DNA from: Chiloscyllium plagiosum
Lineage: Eukaryota
Length of the DNA: 64,000 nucleotides
Direction of reading: 5' to 3'
Assembly (NCBI RefSeq): GCF_004010195.1
Contig: NC_057718.1
Location: 103,306,754-103,370,753, forward strand
Notes under the pieces: generated by a model
Seen by the model: only the letters and a program-made list of their open reading frames with translations
Databases searched by the model: none
What the model was told of the DNA's origin: nothing
In this document: positions 1 to 12,290 of the stretch, one piece after another
Layout: every line of letters begins with the position of its first letter
Position numbering within the stretch: the stretch's first letter is position 1
Program-made: the position numbers and the translations under genes

Positions 1-288
1 GATCATTGCTTCGTCTTCCTCTATTTTGGTGTTTTTGATGATTTTTAGGAATTCCTGGGTGGAGTGGATGGAGTGCTGTGACTCTTCTACTTGGTATTTC
101 AGTCTTGTGTGTAGTTCTTTGGCCAGTCTGTAAGTTGGTGTTCTGGGTACTGAGACTATAGGTCTGAGGGGGGCTCCTGGTTTATGGATTTTTGGTAGCC
201 CGTAGAATCATGGGGTGTTGGTCCCGTCGGGTTTCATTTTCTGGAATTCCGTCTTGTCTAATTGTCCGGAATTGTGTAATTTTCTTAG
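1..288 (-). mobile_element. Penelope-like element (family D), reverse transcriptase fragment, runs off the window start
   Basis: Minus-strand translation [59 protein letters not shown]...EEDEAMI contains the PLE RT motif [16 protein letters not shown], with one in-frame stop. Confidence 0.9.
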
Positions 289-625
289 GATGAAAAAAAC
301 CACCATTTCAACTGGGACAAGACATCAATCCTGGGACAGGCTGAGCAAAGACATGCCAGAGAATTCCTAGAGGCTTGGCACTCCAACCACAACGCCATAA
401 ACAAACACATAGATCTAGATACCATCTATCAACCCCTCAGAAAATGAACAGGAAATGACATCACCACAAACTCCAGGAACCCCATCCAGGAGAAAGATAT
501 AAATAGAAAGCAGGAGACAACAGCTTCGCTTCACTTGGAGGTCGCCACTGATGATGTTACCTAGCCAGGTAATGAAATGCCTGGATATCAAACCTACAGC
601 TCAGCGAGCAAACCTACACCCTAAA
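289..625 (+). mobile_element. Inverted 3' end/pLTR of the same PLE: GIY-YIG C-terminal tail plus 3' UTR
   Basis: 301-447 translates HHFNWDKTSILGQAEQRHAREFLEAWHSNHNAINKHIDLDTIYQPLRK*, typical of the PLE endonuclease C-terminus; followed by a hammerhead motif. Confidence 0.85.
545..584 (+). ncRNA. Degenerate minimal hammerhead ribozyme (PLE family D)
   Basis: cca-CTGATGA-t-gttacc/tagcca/ggtaat-GAAA-tgcc-tgg; core and stem II intact, expected GAAACGTC mutated to GAAATGCC. Confidence 0.6.
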
Positions 626-1219
626 TTAGTGGTCTCTCTTTATAAAGTAATGGATGGTGAAATTTGAGCAAAGGGGTTTTCAATCAGTTATTGGACACAC
701 GTGTAAATTTACTCACACTTACACACATCTTGTTTATGCATCATCATATTGAACCAATATAGAAACCAGTTTAATTCAAGCCATGGAGATACTTTTGATA
801 ATAAATCATTTCTGCACTGTATAGGGCTAACAAGGGATGAAAATGTCTTACTCAATTCAATGTCATAAAGAAGACTTTCCATTATTTTATGCGTGTCTTC
901 ATGGAATATCCCAGTTGCATTAGACCAAAGGGTTTAGGTTTGCAAATATGAAATCTACACTCTTACACCCCCACATAATGTTAGATATCACCTGTCATGA
1001 TGAATAGAAACAACTATTTCATAATTAACCTGCTATCTGTAATGTTTCTGTTTGTTATGAGCTAAAGGGACACCAGATTTTAATCTGTAAATGTTGAGAT
1101 ATTTTCTGGATTTTCTTTTAACATTGGGGTCACGTTGGTGTGACTTTGCAGATCTTGGTGAACTTATAAATTTGAAAGAATTTTGTCTTACGTGTACAGA
1201 TGGTCATGTTAAATGGAAA

Positions 1220-1415
1220 GTGTGTGTGTGAGAGAGAGAGAGAATATCATTTTTCCTATGAAATTAAAACAGTGATCTGGTTGTGTCTATCTTTATGTGT
1301 AAATGTCTATCTGTGTGGTTGTATCTATGTGCATGTGTGTATGTCGATGTGTGTGTATTTGTTTGCATCTGTACGTGTGTGCTTACTTGTTCATCGGTAT
1401 GTGCGTGTGCTGTGT
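1220..1415. repeat. Degenerate (TG)n/(GA)n microsatellite
   Basis: Directly visible dinucleotide-rich tract. Confidence 0.85.
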
Positions 1416-2229
1416 TAAATGTATTGCATTTTAAAACATCCAACACGCAGGTAAATGTGGCTGTCAAATCTTCTAATTAAAAATGACATCCAAGATTGTA
1501 TCTGAATATTGCAAACTACAATCCTGAAAACCACGTCACAACAAACAAACATTGTGATCTGTGAGTAGCAGTAAATAGTCTTCATCACACGCACAGCTTG
1601 ATAGCTTATGGTTACTTGCATCTGACAGTTAGTTAGATGAGACCTTATCCAGTATTTCTTTAATACCAGAGGGTGGGCTATCTTTCCCACTGAGCTTTTT
1701 TGGAGGTGTTATAAATGTTCCCTAGTGAAGCTTGAGCAATGGAAACCTCTGTAACCGATACAGACTGATGTCGTTTATGTGATGGGGGAAGGAATAAGAA
1801 ACTCTGTAAAGCCAGCTAACAGCTCCCTTGTTTCACATAAGGGTAAAGGTAATCTTAGTTTACAAATTTATTTGCATTTTTAATCTGATTTTTTTTTAGA
1901 TTTAAATTACTTTTTCAGAAAGTTGGAAAAGCCAAGTAAACCAATTTGTTTACAGCATGTGGAGGTTAGGGATTTCTGCCCCTCAGAGTTCTACTTCCCC
2001 CACTGCCATACATTTTGGGCGTATGGACTGGGACACACATTTTTGTTCCTGGCAGTTCTCCAGTTCCTCAAGCCAATGGAGAATCTTCATGAGTGACCCT
2101 ACAAATGGAGACTGTGATGGTGGGGGCGTACATTCAAATCCCCATCATGGCAGTTGAAAGAGTACAAGCTCAATGACGAATGGATCTAGCAAGTAAACTT
2201 CATCTCCACCATGGGGTCATGTTGATCAT

Positions 2230-2365
2230 CACAAGAACTCACCTCATTCACTAACATTCCTTAGGGAAGGAAACTGTCATCCTTACCTGGTATGGTCTAT
2301 GTGTGACTCCAGACCCACAGCGGTGGGGTTGATTTTTAACTGCCCTCTGAAAGCCCCTCGGTTCA
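2230..2365 (+). mobile_element. SINE family 2 fragment
   Basis: ttagggaaggaaactgtcatccttacctgg...gtgactccagacccacagc matches copies at 41780 and 52020. Confidence 0.7.
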
Positions 2366-2454
2366 AAGACATTAAGTACTGGGAAATGTTGTAAAAAAAG
2401 AATCTTGAAAATGTATTGAGGTACCTCAGAGGGAAACATACAGAGTGAACTTTA

Positions 2455-2660
2455 TATTGGTTGCAGAAAGTACCAGGATAGCTCAGCAGGTCTGACAGCA
2501 TCTGTGGAGAGAGAAACACAGATAACATTTAGAGTCCAGCATGACCCTTTTTCAAGGAGAGTCACATTGGACTCGCAACATTAACTCTTTCTCTCCCTCC
2601 ACAAATGCTTCCAGAACTTGAAAGTTTCTCAGCAGTAACTGCAGGATTTTGCCTTTATTT
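2455..2660. mobile_element. PLE family C fold-back remnant
   Basis: ctcagcaggtctgacagcatctgtggaga... and inverted ...tccacaaatgcttccagaacttg; decayed hammerhead arms in the centre. Confidence 0.65.
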
Positions 2661-3039
2661 ATATAGATTGCACTTTCTGTAATATGTAAACTGGAATGAT
2701 CTACCTGCATACCTGATGTGGAATGCTCAATTTGAAGATTGTTATAATTGTACATCAAACTTTCTCACAAGTGCTGTAATATTCAAATTGAAATATTTTG
2801 TTCATAAAACATTTGAATAAAATATATTTTTTGAAAAAAAGGTTTGGCCTTAGTAACATGTATGACCCATGAAAGAACATAGAGTGCATGTCAACAGAAG
2901 AGTTTAGTAGGGAGGGTACTGGGGCCTTTTTAAATCGAATTCCAACTGACTACCAATAGCTGCACATGTTTGATACTTTCACTTCACCTGATTGCTGTCA
3001 TCTTGAGGACATTTTGCTAGCAAGTTCTTGATGAGCTGG

Positions 3040-3390
3040 TGCATGCACGCACATACACACACACAGAAACACAGACAGATAGACACAGACAGACACCCAG
3101 GCAGAGACAGAAGTACACAGTTACATACACACACAGAAATATGCATGCACTCACACACAGATCTACACACACAGAGACAGAGACAGACATGGAGACAGAG
3201 ACAGACATGGAGACACAGACAGACACACACACACAGGCAGAAACATGCACACACATGTATTCACGCAGAGACAGTAACACTCAGGCATACACATGCAGAC
3301 ATACATAGATTTTTACAGAGACACACAGACATACATGCATTGACACACATGCAGGAACAAACACACACACGCACACACATTCACACACAC
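3040..3390. repeat. Degenerate (CA)n/(CAGA)n microsatellite
   Basis: Directly visible. Confidence 0.9.
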
Positions 3391-3874
3391 TCTCCCAAAT
3401 CCATAAGGGTATGGGGGATAGTGAAGGTAGTGGAATGGCCCAAGGTGTAACCATAACCAATAGATCCCAGACATCACAACTACCTGCCCAGTGAGCCTTA
3501 CCAGGGAGTGATACTTCATTTTCCCACCTCAGGTCAGTAGGGGATTGTGAGACCAGACATTGCTTTTTCTTGGAACAGATGGACCAATAGATTGTGCACA
3601 TAGTGCAGTGAAAGTTACTGGCAGGAGGGTTGACCCTGGTGATTTCCTGTGCCCCCTCCATCATTAGCTCATGGGCGCACTGCACATTCCTAATGCTCCA
3701 ACAGGTAACCCAAACTGAAATCAGGTAATTCACCCAAAACTTGTGTTGAACCTTGGGATCTTTGACCCATGAAACTTAACTCAACCTCAGCCACTACTTC
3801 TGGCACAAACCCAACAGAGGCTTCTACTAAGTTCCAACATTAAGTACAGCAACCTTAAAAAATGGTTCCTCCCT

Positions 3875-4435
3875 TGGGGGAGAGCAACAAAGGTTCACTA
3901 GACTACTGACTGAAATGAGGGGAGTTGTCCTGTGAGAGGTTGAGTAGACTCTGCCGATATTCCCTGGAGTTTAGAAAAATGAAAACTGATGTTATTGAAA
4001 CATGTACAAACTTTAAGGCGTTGATGTTGAGAAAATGTTTCCCTTGGCTGAGGAACCTTGAACATGGTGTCAATGTTTAGAATAAAGAGTTGATCATTTA
4101 GGATTGAGCTGAGGAGAAGTGTCCTCACTCAAAGGGCTGTGAACCTTTAGAGTTGTAGATTAGATTAGATTAGATTACTTAGTGTGGAAACAGGCCCTTC
4201 GGCCCAACAAGTCCACACCGACCCTCCGAAGAGTAACCTTGTCTACTCCAAGGTGCTGTGAATGCTCAGTCTTTGAGTATATTTAAGAGCAACATTGATT
4301 CATTTTGGGGGATCAAAAGGATAGGGAGATAATGTGGAGATTTACACTGAGGACCAGTCAAGATCTGCTTCAGTGGCAGAATAAACTGTAAGGACCAAAT
4401 AACCTATTCCTGCTCCTAATTTTTATGTTGTTATA
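3875..4435 (+). mobile_element. Old CR1-type LINE 3' fragment, interrupted by an HE1 SINE tail (4156-4238, minus strand)
   Basis: Decayed ORF2 C-terminal sequence (ggagtttagaaaaatg...gatgttattgaaacat); ends cctattcctgctcctaatttttatgtt; inserted (agatt)n-gtggaaacaggcccttcggcccaacaagtccacaccgacc. Confidence 0.7.
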
Positions 4436-5646
4436 TTACATAGAAGTTTTCCATAGATCAACTCAAGTATTGTTTTGTCCTGGGAATAATCTTTTTTGTT
4501 CTCAGAGAATCAGATAGGTGACAAAATTAGTATTTCTGCTCTTTGATTGCGGGATGATTTTAACATTTGTTCCATCTGGTTGTTCTATACATGACAGAGA
4601 CAGATCAGAATTTACAGAAATCAAGCTTTCCCCCAACAGCAGCACCAGCGCACCAACCCCCATAGCATGGGAGAACGGAAAGAATATAAAGAACTCCACA
4701 ACATCCCCTTTCGTGCAGTTCCAAACCTTTTCCTTTCGAAGTGGTACAAACCCATCCACTCTTTTTATGAGTCTATAAAAAAGTATTTACTTTGTAACAG
4801 CAAGTCGCGGTTTTGACGAGCTATGTGGAGCTCCTAACAAAGGTGACATTTGCCCTCTCTAGCTAATGTACATTGTGGGGATCTGGTGTCCAATGGTTTT
4901 ACAAACACTTCTCAGGAAAGCTGGAAAAAAGGGGTCTTGGGAGGGGTGGCAGGGAGCAGAGGTTGGGGAATAGATGGAGGTCTGCTTAATTGCTTGCTTC
5001 GGTAATTGGCATTCACTGAAGTTCTCACTGGAAACCCTTGTTTGTTTTGTCATCCCCCCACCCCCCCACCACCGTCACTCTCCTTCTCCCTCTGTCTGCT
5101 TTCCACGTCACCTTGTTTCCACAGCCCTTCGCCCCATTACGCTGAGCTGCTCTTTTGGATTAGATACAGGCAGGTCCAGTGCTAATCAGATACAGATGAG
5201 TCCAGCTCTGAAACGGTCGAAATGGGCATGGAGAGGTAGGGAGTTGTCAGTCCTGCGAAAAGAGGCTGGAATTCCTCAGCCGTAAAACTGGGATTTATCA
5301 CCATTCTCCCAGAGTCACCGCAAGCAAACTTCTGCAGGGACAAGATGGGAAGGCCAAGGCTGGGAGAGGAACATGGCACTGTGCATTTTTGCGTCTGCCT
5401 GGGGTTAGTATTTTGTAAAAGTCTAACACAAAAGGAAAAGGGGATAGACTGAAGGCGAGGTGAAGCATTGAAAGCTTACATTCCCCACTGAGGCAAATGA
5501 ACCTGCTAAAATAGATTATTTTCCTGATAGCTGTATAATTGAAACCAGAAGAGGGGATTTGATAAATTACTCGACCCTGAAGGAATGTTAGGTCATAAAT
5601 TTTCACTGCATTTTTCTCTGTTTTCTTTTTTTCTTCTTCGTTGCAG

Positions 5647-5670
5647 TAATTATCAACAAAGAAGATTCAG
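5647..5670 (+). other. Candidate 24-nt microexon
   Basis: Long pyrimidine tract ending ttgcag|TAATTATCAACAAAGAAGATTCAG|gtattt; open in two frames (IINKEDS or NYQQRRF); host gene not identified. Confidence 0.3.
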
Positions 5671-6449
5671 GTATTTTTTTTTCACTTTTGCTATGAAATA
5701 CACCTAACTCAGCATTAGGCAAATTTTCATCTGGAGGCACTAACCAAAAATAGCTTCACACGCAAGACAAACAAATCAAAGCTTTGACTCAGTCAGAATC
5801 CGGCATCTTTGGGTTTACCTGAAATTGGTCTCGTAATGTTTTTTCATGTTTTATTAAACTCCTCAGATAGAACAGGTTACCTCAGGCTCACTGTCTTCAA
5901 TCACACTTTGGATTGGATTGACTTAGAGTCATACAGCACAGAAACAGAGCCTTGCCTCAGATGCTTGTGGACTTAAGTCCAATTGCAAAATTTGAGAAAA
6001 CAAAAATCAAATAGCAGATAGTCCAACGCAGCACTAAGGGAGTGCTGCACTGCACATGCTGCTTCTGGGTAAGATGATCAACCCAGGCCTTGTCAATCCT
6101 AAATACATACACAGGAAGCCCTGAAGAAACTCAGCAGGTCTGGCAGCATCTGTGGACAGGGAGATAGAGTTCATGTCTCGGGTCCAATTTGGCTCATCTT
6201 TTGATGAAACCAGACTCGACTTGATCTTTGATCACAACATGAGCTCCAACACATACATGTTCTTAAAATAATCGTGGGTCTTGTCCATGCCTAGGATGGT
6301 CAGCTGATCTTCTCACTCTTCATTCTTTAAGGGGATGTGGGCCTCCCTGGCCAGCATACCAGTTGGCGTCCGCCCCTAATTGCCCCTTGAACCTGGTGGC
6401 TTACTTGGTTATTTCAGATGGCAGTTAAGAATTGTGGTGGGTCTGAAGA

Positions 6450-6995
6450 CCATGAGAGTATATGATATAGGAGCAGAATTAGGATATTCAGCCCATGAAT
6501 CTGTTCCACCAGTCCACCATGGCTGATATGTTTCTCAACCTTATTCTCCTGTCTTCTCCCGTAACCCTTAATCCCCTTTCGAATCAAGAACCTATCTATC
6601 TCTGTCTCAAACACACTCAATAACTTGGCTTCCACAGCCCTTTATGGCAATGAGTCCATTACAGATTCACCACCCTCTGGCTGAAGAAAACCCTCCTCAG
6701 CTCAGTTCGAAAGGGTTGTCTCTTCACTCTGAGGCTGTGCCCTCAGGTCCTAGTCTCTTCTACCAGTGGAAACATATTCTCCGCGTCCACTCTATCCAGG
6801 CCTCTCAGTATTCTGTAAGTTTCAATGGGATCCCTCTCCTCTTATCCTTCTAAACTCCATCGAGTACAGACCCAGAGTCCTCAATTGCTCCTCACATGAC
6901 AAGCCCTTCACCCCCGGGATCATTCTTGTAAACCTCCTCTGGAGTCCCTCCAAGGCCAGCCCATCCTTCCTTTGATACCAGGCCCAAAACAAGTC
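6450..6995 (-). mobile_element. CR1-type LINE 3' fragment inserted in a family-2 SINE (6325-6450 and 6995-7220)
   Basis: ORF 6414..6635 SVFETEIDRFLIRKGIKGYG is the CR1 ORF2 C-terminus; the two SINE halves flank it. Confidence 0.8.
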
Positions 6996-8219
6996 ACTTT
7001 TCGGTCAGACTGAGTCAGGATAAGCAGATTTCCTTCCCTAAAGGATATTAGTTAACTTGATGGGTTTCCACAGCAATTATGGTGAGTTCAAGGTTACCAT
7101 TCCAAACATATTAATTGGATTTAAATTTTACTACACAGACTTTGAACCTATGAACCCGGGGTATTGATTTGCTCCTCAGATTGTTATTCCGACAATTTAC
7201 CATTGCACATTACTTCTCCTAGTCACTCAATTTCACAGCTCACACTGGAATTCCCGGTTCTCAGGAATGTCAAGCAAGTTTTCCATTCAGATGAACACTC
7301 ATTGGTTCCTGCTGGAAATTGGCTGGCGGATTGTAATGGATTTGGGTTGTACACTTTGACAGATCTCGTGGCTGACAGATTCTGCCTGACCCAGTGAATG
7401 TTTCCAACATTTCTGTTTATGTTTCAAATTCTTGGCACCCACAAAGTTTTCACTTTCTGGGTTCATCTGTGGCTCAGCCACGTGCCCCTCCCAGTATCAG
7501 ACATTCTACAGTGCCCCCTCCCCAACTCCTTTTTTGAAGTTTCTACAGCAGAACTGTCAAAAGCCATTGAGATATAAGGCAAGCTTAACCAATAGCAGAG
7601 AGGGGAGGTACTTTTTCATGGACTCAGCAGAGGAAAAAGGTCATTATTGACCAAGAAACATATTACAGCACATCTGGAACCACACCAGATTCAGTGACTA
7701 TAGTGAAATCTCTAAACGGGGGATACTCGCTGTCTCTTAGTAGCACACAGTCACGTAAAGTTCCTTTATATGCAGGACTTTAACACAGCTGTTAATCTGC
7801 TTATTTTAACTAGGTTAACAACAGCGGCGAAATGCCACACAAAGAAATTTTATGTAAACCCATTAATCAGTGAGCTACGACAGGGAATTCAACTCTTTTA
7901 AGACAGCATGGCGAGATTATAGTTTCCAAACTGTGAGAAAGAGGAACAACTTTCCTGATTACCTGGAGAGCAGCTAAAAGTTGCACTGTTTAAACTCTAT
8001 AGTTTGTTTTATTTTGCCTTTCTGGGTTTTTTGTGAAGTGTCGTAAATAATAATATACGTTAGCTTTGTTTATGAAATGGTGTGACACTGAATGTACTAT
8101 TATTTTTAGTATTTAATGTGTGTTTTGGTCAGTAAAAGCTGTTAATCAATCTGCTGACAGTGCTGAGTTATTGCGAATAACACAGACTGTGTGGATGTGT
8201 AGTAGGGACAGGACCGGCA

Positions 8220-8470
8220 ATAGACGCAAAGAAACAAACACACACACAGACACAGACACACACAAGCACACACACACACACAAGCACACACACAAGCACA
8301 CAGACACACACACAAGCACACACACACACAGACAAACATAGACACAAATACAACACAGATACAAAGACATGAATACAGATACATAGACACAAATACTGAC
8401 ACAGACACACAAGCACACATAAACACACAAAACAACAGTTAGTCACAGAGAGAGAGAGAGAGAGAGAAAG
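8220..8470. repeat. (CA)n-type and (GA)n microsatellite
   Basis: Directly visible. Confidence 0.9.
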
Positions 8471-9196
8471 CGAGGGACAGAAAATGCCCAAATGCTGGTC
8501 ACCTCCCAGGGGACAAATTGATGTCAAGTTCTGCTGTCTGTCAGGATTAAATACCCATTTTGTTTTTACTAACATGTGGTTTCAGGACAAAGGATCTCAA
8601 GTTGACGAGTAAAATGCCTTAATCCCTTGCTTAATCTGAAAAGACCAGCGCTACATGGTCACACTGAGGATCCTTTCTTTTTTGCCTGTTGTTTCTCCAC
8701 ATGCTTGAACTGAGCGATGCTGGCCCATGCTTCAGGAAAAGGAGGCTTTATCAGTGAACAAATCCAGGCGCATTGTTCGCAGTCTAGCTCTTCCCAAACA
8801 TTTTCCTCCTTAATCTACTGCACTCCAAACAGGATAAATTACAGCACGGGAAAACAGATGAATATGCAGCGTCCTGCAGGACCTTGAGGCTTACACAGTG
8901 GTATGATTGGCCTTTCATCTGAAAGGGCTATAAATACACAGCCATCAATCACGGTCTCCCAGCGTTTGTTGACTATTGCTCGTAGTCATCAGGCCAAAAG
9001 GACACCAGACAAACTCAAGAAAACACATCCAGAGCTTTTGAGTGGGCAGTGGTGAAATGTTCATTTATGGCACACATCTTGTTCCCCCATCTCAGTGCCT
9101 ACTCTTCATTAGACCACAGTACTATCGCAACAGTTTAACATCACAGCACTTGACTCACCAAACCAGAGACAGCGCAATTGTAATTTTGTGTTTAAA

Positions 9197-9510
9197 GGGC
9201 GGCACGGTGGCACAGTGGTTAGCACTGCTGCCTCACAGCGCCAGAGACCCGGGTTCAATTCCCGCCTCAGGCGACTGACTGTGTGGAGTTTGCACGTTCT
9301 CCCCGTGTCTGCGTGGGTTTCCTCCGGGTGCTCCGGTTTCCTCCCACAGTCCAAAGATGTGCAGGGTCAGGTGAATTGGCCATACTAAATTGCCCATAGT
9401 GTTAGGTAAGGGGTAAATGTAGGGGTATGGGTGGGTTTCGCTTCGGCGGGTCGGTGTGGACTTGTTGGGCCGAAGGGCCTGTTTCCACACTGTAATCTAA
9501 TCTAATCTAA
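9197..9510 (+). mobile_element. Full-length HE1-type V-SINE (tRNA-derived)
   Basis: A box tggcacagtgg, B box ggttcaattcc, V-domain tgtgtggagtttgcacgttctccccgtgtctgcgtgggtttcctccggg, CR1-like tail gggccgaagggcctgtttcc, (aatct)n end. Confidence 0.9.
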
Positions 9511-10056
9511 ACTAGCTAAGGTATCTTTGTAATTCCCTTTCTAAACATTGCAGTGCTGAGCTGAAGAATGGAATACAATCACATTGGCCACGATTTCCAT
9601 CCCGAAAGGACATTAGAGACTGCAGTTGGGATTGAAAACTAGACTCCGTCATGGTGGCCATGAAAACAGTCAGAGAGTGTCACCCAAACCTTTAGGGAAG
9701 GACATTTACTGTCGACAAGCATGTTTTCACTCGTATGGGGGCCGAGAGGAAGCTGCAAGCGGGTGGGTATGGGCAATGGACAGTTGCGTAATATCATTTT
9801 GGACATTACTGAGGGAACATTCATGCAATGCTTGCAAGTTGGAGCCAGAGTGAGGCACTGCGTTACAGAAAGTTGTCAAGGGAACTTGCATAAGGCAGTA
9901 AGGAGCAGTGAACCAGGCACCCCCTCAAACCAAATGCACTGTTCAATAAGGTCACAGCCAGTTCAACCACATTCTCCTGACCTTTGCTCATGTCATTAAT
10001 TCCCTTAATGTCTAAAAGTCTCATAAACCTGTTGATCTCAGCCTTCAGTTCAGTCA

Positions 10057-10262
10057 TAGAGTTGTAGCGTCATACAACACGGAAACAGACCCTTGGGACC
10101 AACCAGTCCAACCAGTCTGTGCCGACCATATTCCCAAACCAAACTAGTCCCACCTGCCTGCGCTTGGCTCATATCCCTCCAAACCTTTCTTATCCTTATA
10201 CTAATCCAAATGTCTTTTCAATGTTGTCACTGTACCTGCATCCACCACTTTCTCTGGAAGTT
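10057..10262 (-). mobile_element. CR1/HER1-like LINE 3' end
   Basis: Reverse complement of ...ccagagaaagtggtggatgcaggtaca...gtctgtttccgtgttgtatgac, same family as 27791-28135. Confidence 0.8.
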
Positions 10263-10579
10263 CATTCACTCCAGTTCTGGCGTCTTGTTCTTCTCAGTGA
10301 TATCATTTCTAGCAGTGTAAGTGCTAATTCCTCATTTTCCATTTGTAATGACACTCTCATTTGTGAGGACTAAAATCAACATTTTGTTTTCCAAAGCCAC
10401 ATTTATTGCATTTGGTCCTTAATGTGTCCTCCAGTAAATAGCTTTCCAAAGACTAGCTTTGGTAATGTCCTCTTTACACATGCCCCACACTAGTAGCCAA
10501 GTTCTACCTCACTCTGTCTTTGTCTCTCTCTCGCTCTTTCCCAGGATTAACTCTTCATTAGCACACCATCTCATGCCTT

Positions 10580-10800
10580 CAACATGCACTCCCCTCCATC
10601 ATGGATGCAGTGTATCACTTAGATGTATAGAAACAACTCACCAAACCTTTGCTGATAACACCTTCCAAACCTGCGACTTCTACCATCCAGAGGCAGCAGA
10701 TACATGGGATCATCATTCCCTGCAAGTTCCCCTCCAAGCCACACATCATCCTGACTTAAAAATATGTTGCCGTTTCTTCAGAGTTACTGGGTCAAAATCT
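10580..10800 (+). mobile_element. L2-group LINE 3' fragment
   Basis: Encodes LQVPLQATHHPDLKICCRFFRVTGSKS, same family as 16830 and 46170. Confidence 0.7.
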
Positions 10801-11066
10801 GACATGTAAAGCCCTTCGTTTTACTGTTGGATAGTGAGGTTGACAATAAGTAGCAGAGCCTGGAGCAGGACTCCCTTGGTGGCATAGTGTGGGCTGGGAA
10901 GCCTGGACTGGGAATCTGGTGATGCAGAAGGAAAAGTTGGACTCTCTTTAAATTACCTTTTTCTGAGCTCTGATGCCTCACTGAGCTAGACCATGACTTG
11001 TTTGCATCAGTTCTGTTGCTCTGAAACCTTGTGAGGAAATGGCACCTGTCTGGATTAAGTTTTCAA

Positions 11067-11274
11067 GGAGAAAGTGAGGACTGCAGATGCTGGAGATCAG
11101 AGCTGAAAATGTGTTGCTGGAAAAGCGCAGCAGGTCAGGCAGCATCCAAGGAACAGGGGAATCGACGTTTTGGGCATCGACGTTCCTGAAGAAGGGCTTA
11201 TGCCCGAAACGTCGATTCTCCTGTTCCTTGGATGCTGCCTGACCTGCTGCGCTTTTCCAGCAACACATTTTCAG
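11067..11274. mobile_element. PLE family A fold-back element
   Basis: Inverted arms gctggaaaagcgcagcaggtcaggcagcatccaagg / ccttggatgctgcctgacctgctgcgcttttccagc; duplication acctgtctggatta at 11044-11057 and 11275-11288. Confidence 0.85.
11182..11217 (+). ncRNA. Minimal hammerhead ribozyme, intact core (family A)
   Basis: CTGAAGA-a-gggc/ttat/gccc-GAAAC-GTC; predicted cleavage after 11213. Confidence 0.75.
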
Positions 11275-12124
11275 ACCTGTCTGGATTACCACACCAACAC
11301 CCTTGTTAGTGCCAACAGGCTTTCAGAGGTTGAACTGGACACTTTTTCTTCTGCATTTTATTGATGGCAATCTGTTGTTTGACCAGCCAAGTATCAAGTT
11401 CATATTTTCTATTTGATGTTTAGTTTTGCTTGCAACTTTAACTTGTGACCTATTTAACTTGTTCTGTGCTCAACCAGGGATTCACAAAGTCACAGCATTT
11501 TCACTTTTGTGTCCTTTGCTTCTTGCAGCCATCCTCTTATGATTAGAAGGTACTAAATACAAACAAAACATGCAAAAGATCCATCAGTATGTGACAGACT
11601 AGGCCAGGAACGTCTCCAACGTGCCTGTGCAAAAGCAGCTTGACTGTTACAAGGTAAACTACGGGCTGGCTTTTCCTGTCGAGATGCTTCCTGTATATTC
11701 TGGTTTTATTTAATTTCCTTTTTAAATACATTGACAGCAGAAGAAAGTTACGACTGTTGTTTACAAAAATTGAAAATATATGTTGAATAAGTCTATCTTC
11801 CATTCTGTATTCCTGAGGGTAGACCATTTGTTGGGCCATTATAAAGGCTTAGTTCCCAGCTGAAATGAGAAGGATCTAAGGGGCAAGCTTTTCATGCAGA
11901 GGGTGGTGCATGTACATCTCTATGATTCTATGGCTCTATGACTGAAGGACTATGTCTAGGGATTGCCAGCAGGGCCCATTGAAGCCTTGACAAACCAAAA
12001 AGCCTATATCAAGTCTCCGTTAGTTTTATAATTTCAAATGTTCAAAACAAACTGTTTTTGCAGTCGCATCTCGGATTTGTCTCCTATGTTGCGGTCTCAG
12101 CACTTTTCAGAATATGTTTAATTT

Positions 12125-12290
12125 CTGGAAAAGTGCAGCAGGTCAGGCAGCATCCAAGGAGCAGGAGAATCGACGCTTATGCTCGAAACGTCGATTCTCC
12201 TGTTCCTTGGATGCTGCCTGACCTGCTGCACTTTTCCAGCAACACATTTTCAGCTCTGATCTCCAGCATCTGCAGTCCTCACTTTCTCCT
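12125..12290. mobile_element. PLE family A fold-back element
   Basis: Inverted arms, fixed end cagtcctcactttctcct, 15-bp TSD tatgtttaatttctg (12113-12127 / 12290-12304). Confidence 0.85.

Noticed and set aside
2979..3733. HT-rich and CV-rich ORFs (also near 1200, 8120 and 58075)
   Set aside because: Translations of dinucleotide repeats
9197..9275. tRNA gene
   Set aside because: tRNA-like A and B boxes belong to the SINE head and continue into the V-domain
11067..11274. DNA-transposon MITE or miRNA precursor
   Set aside because: Asymmetric arms, long variable TSDs and continuity with PLE coding sequence at 39362 and 44163 point to a retroelement origin
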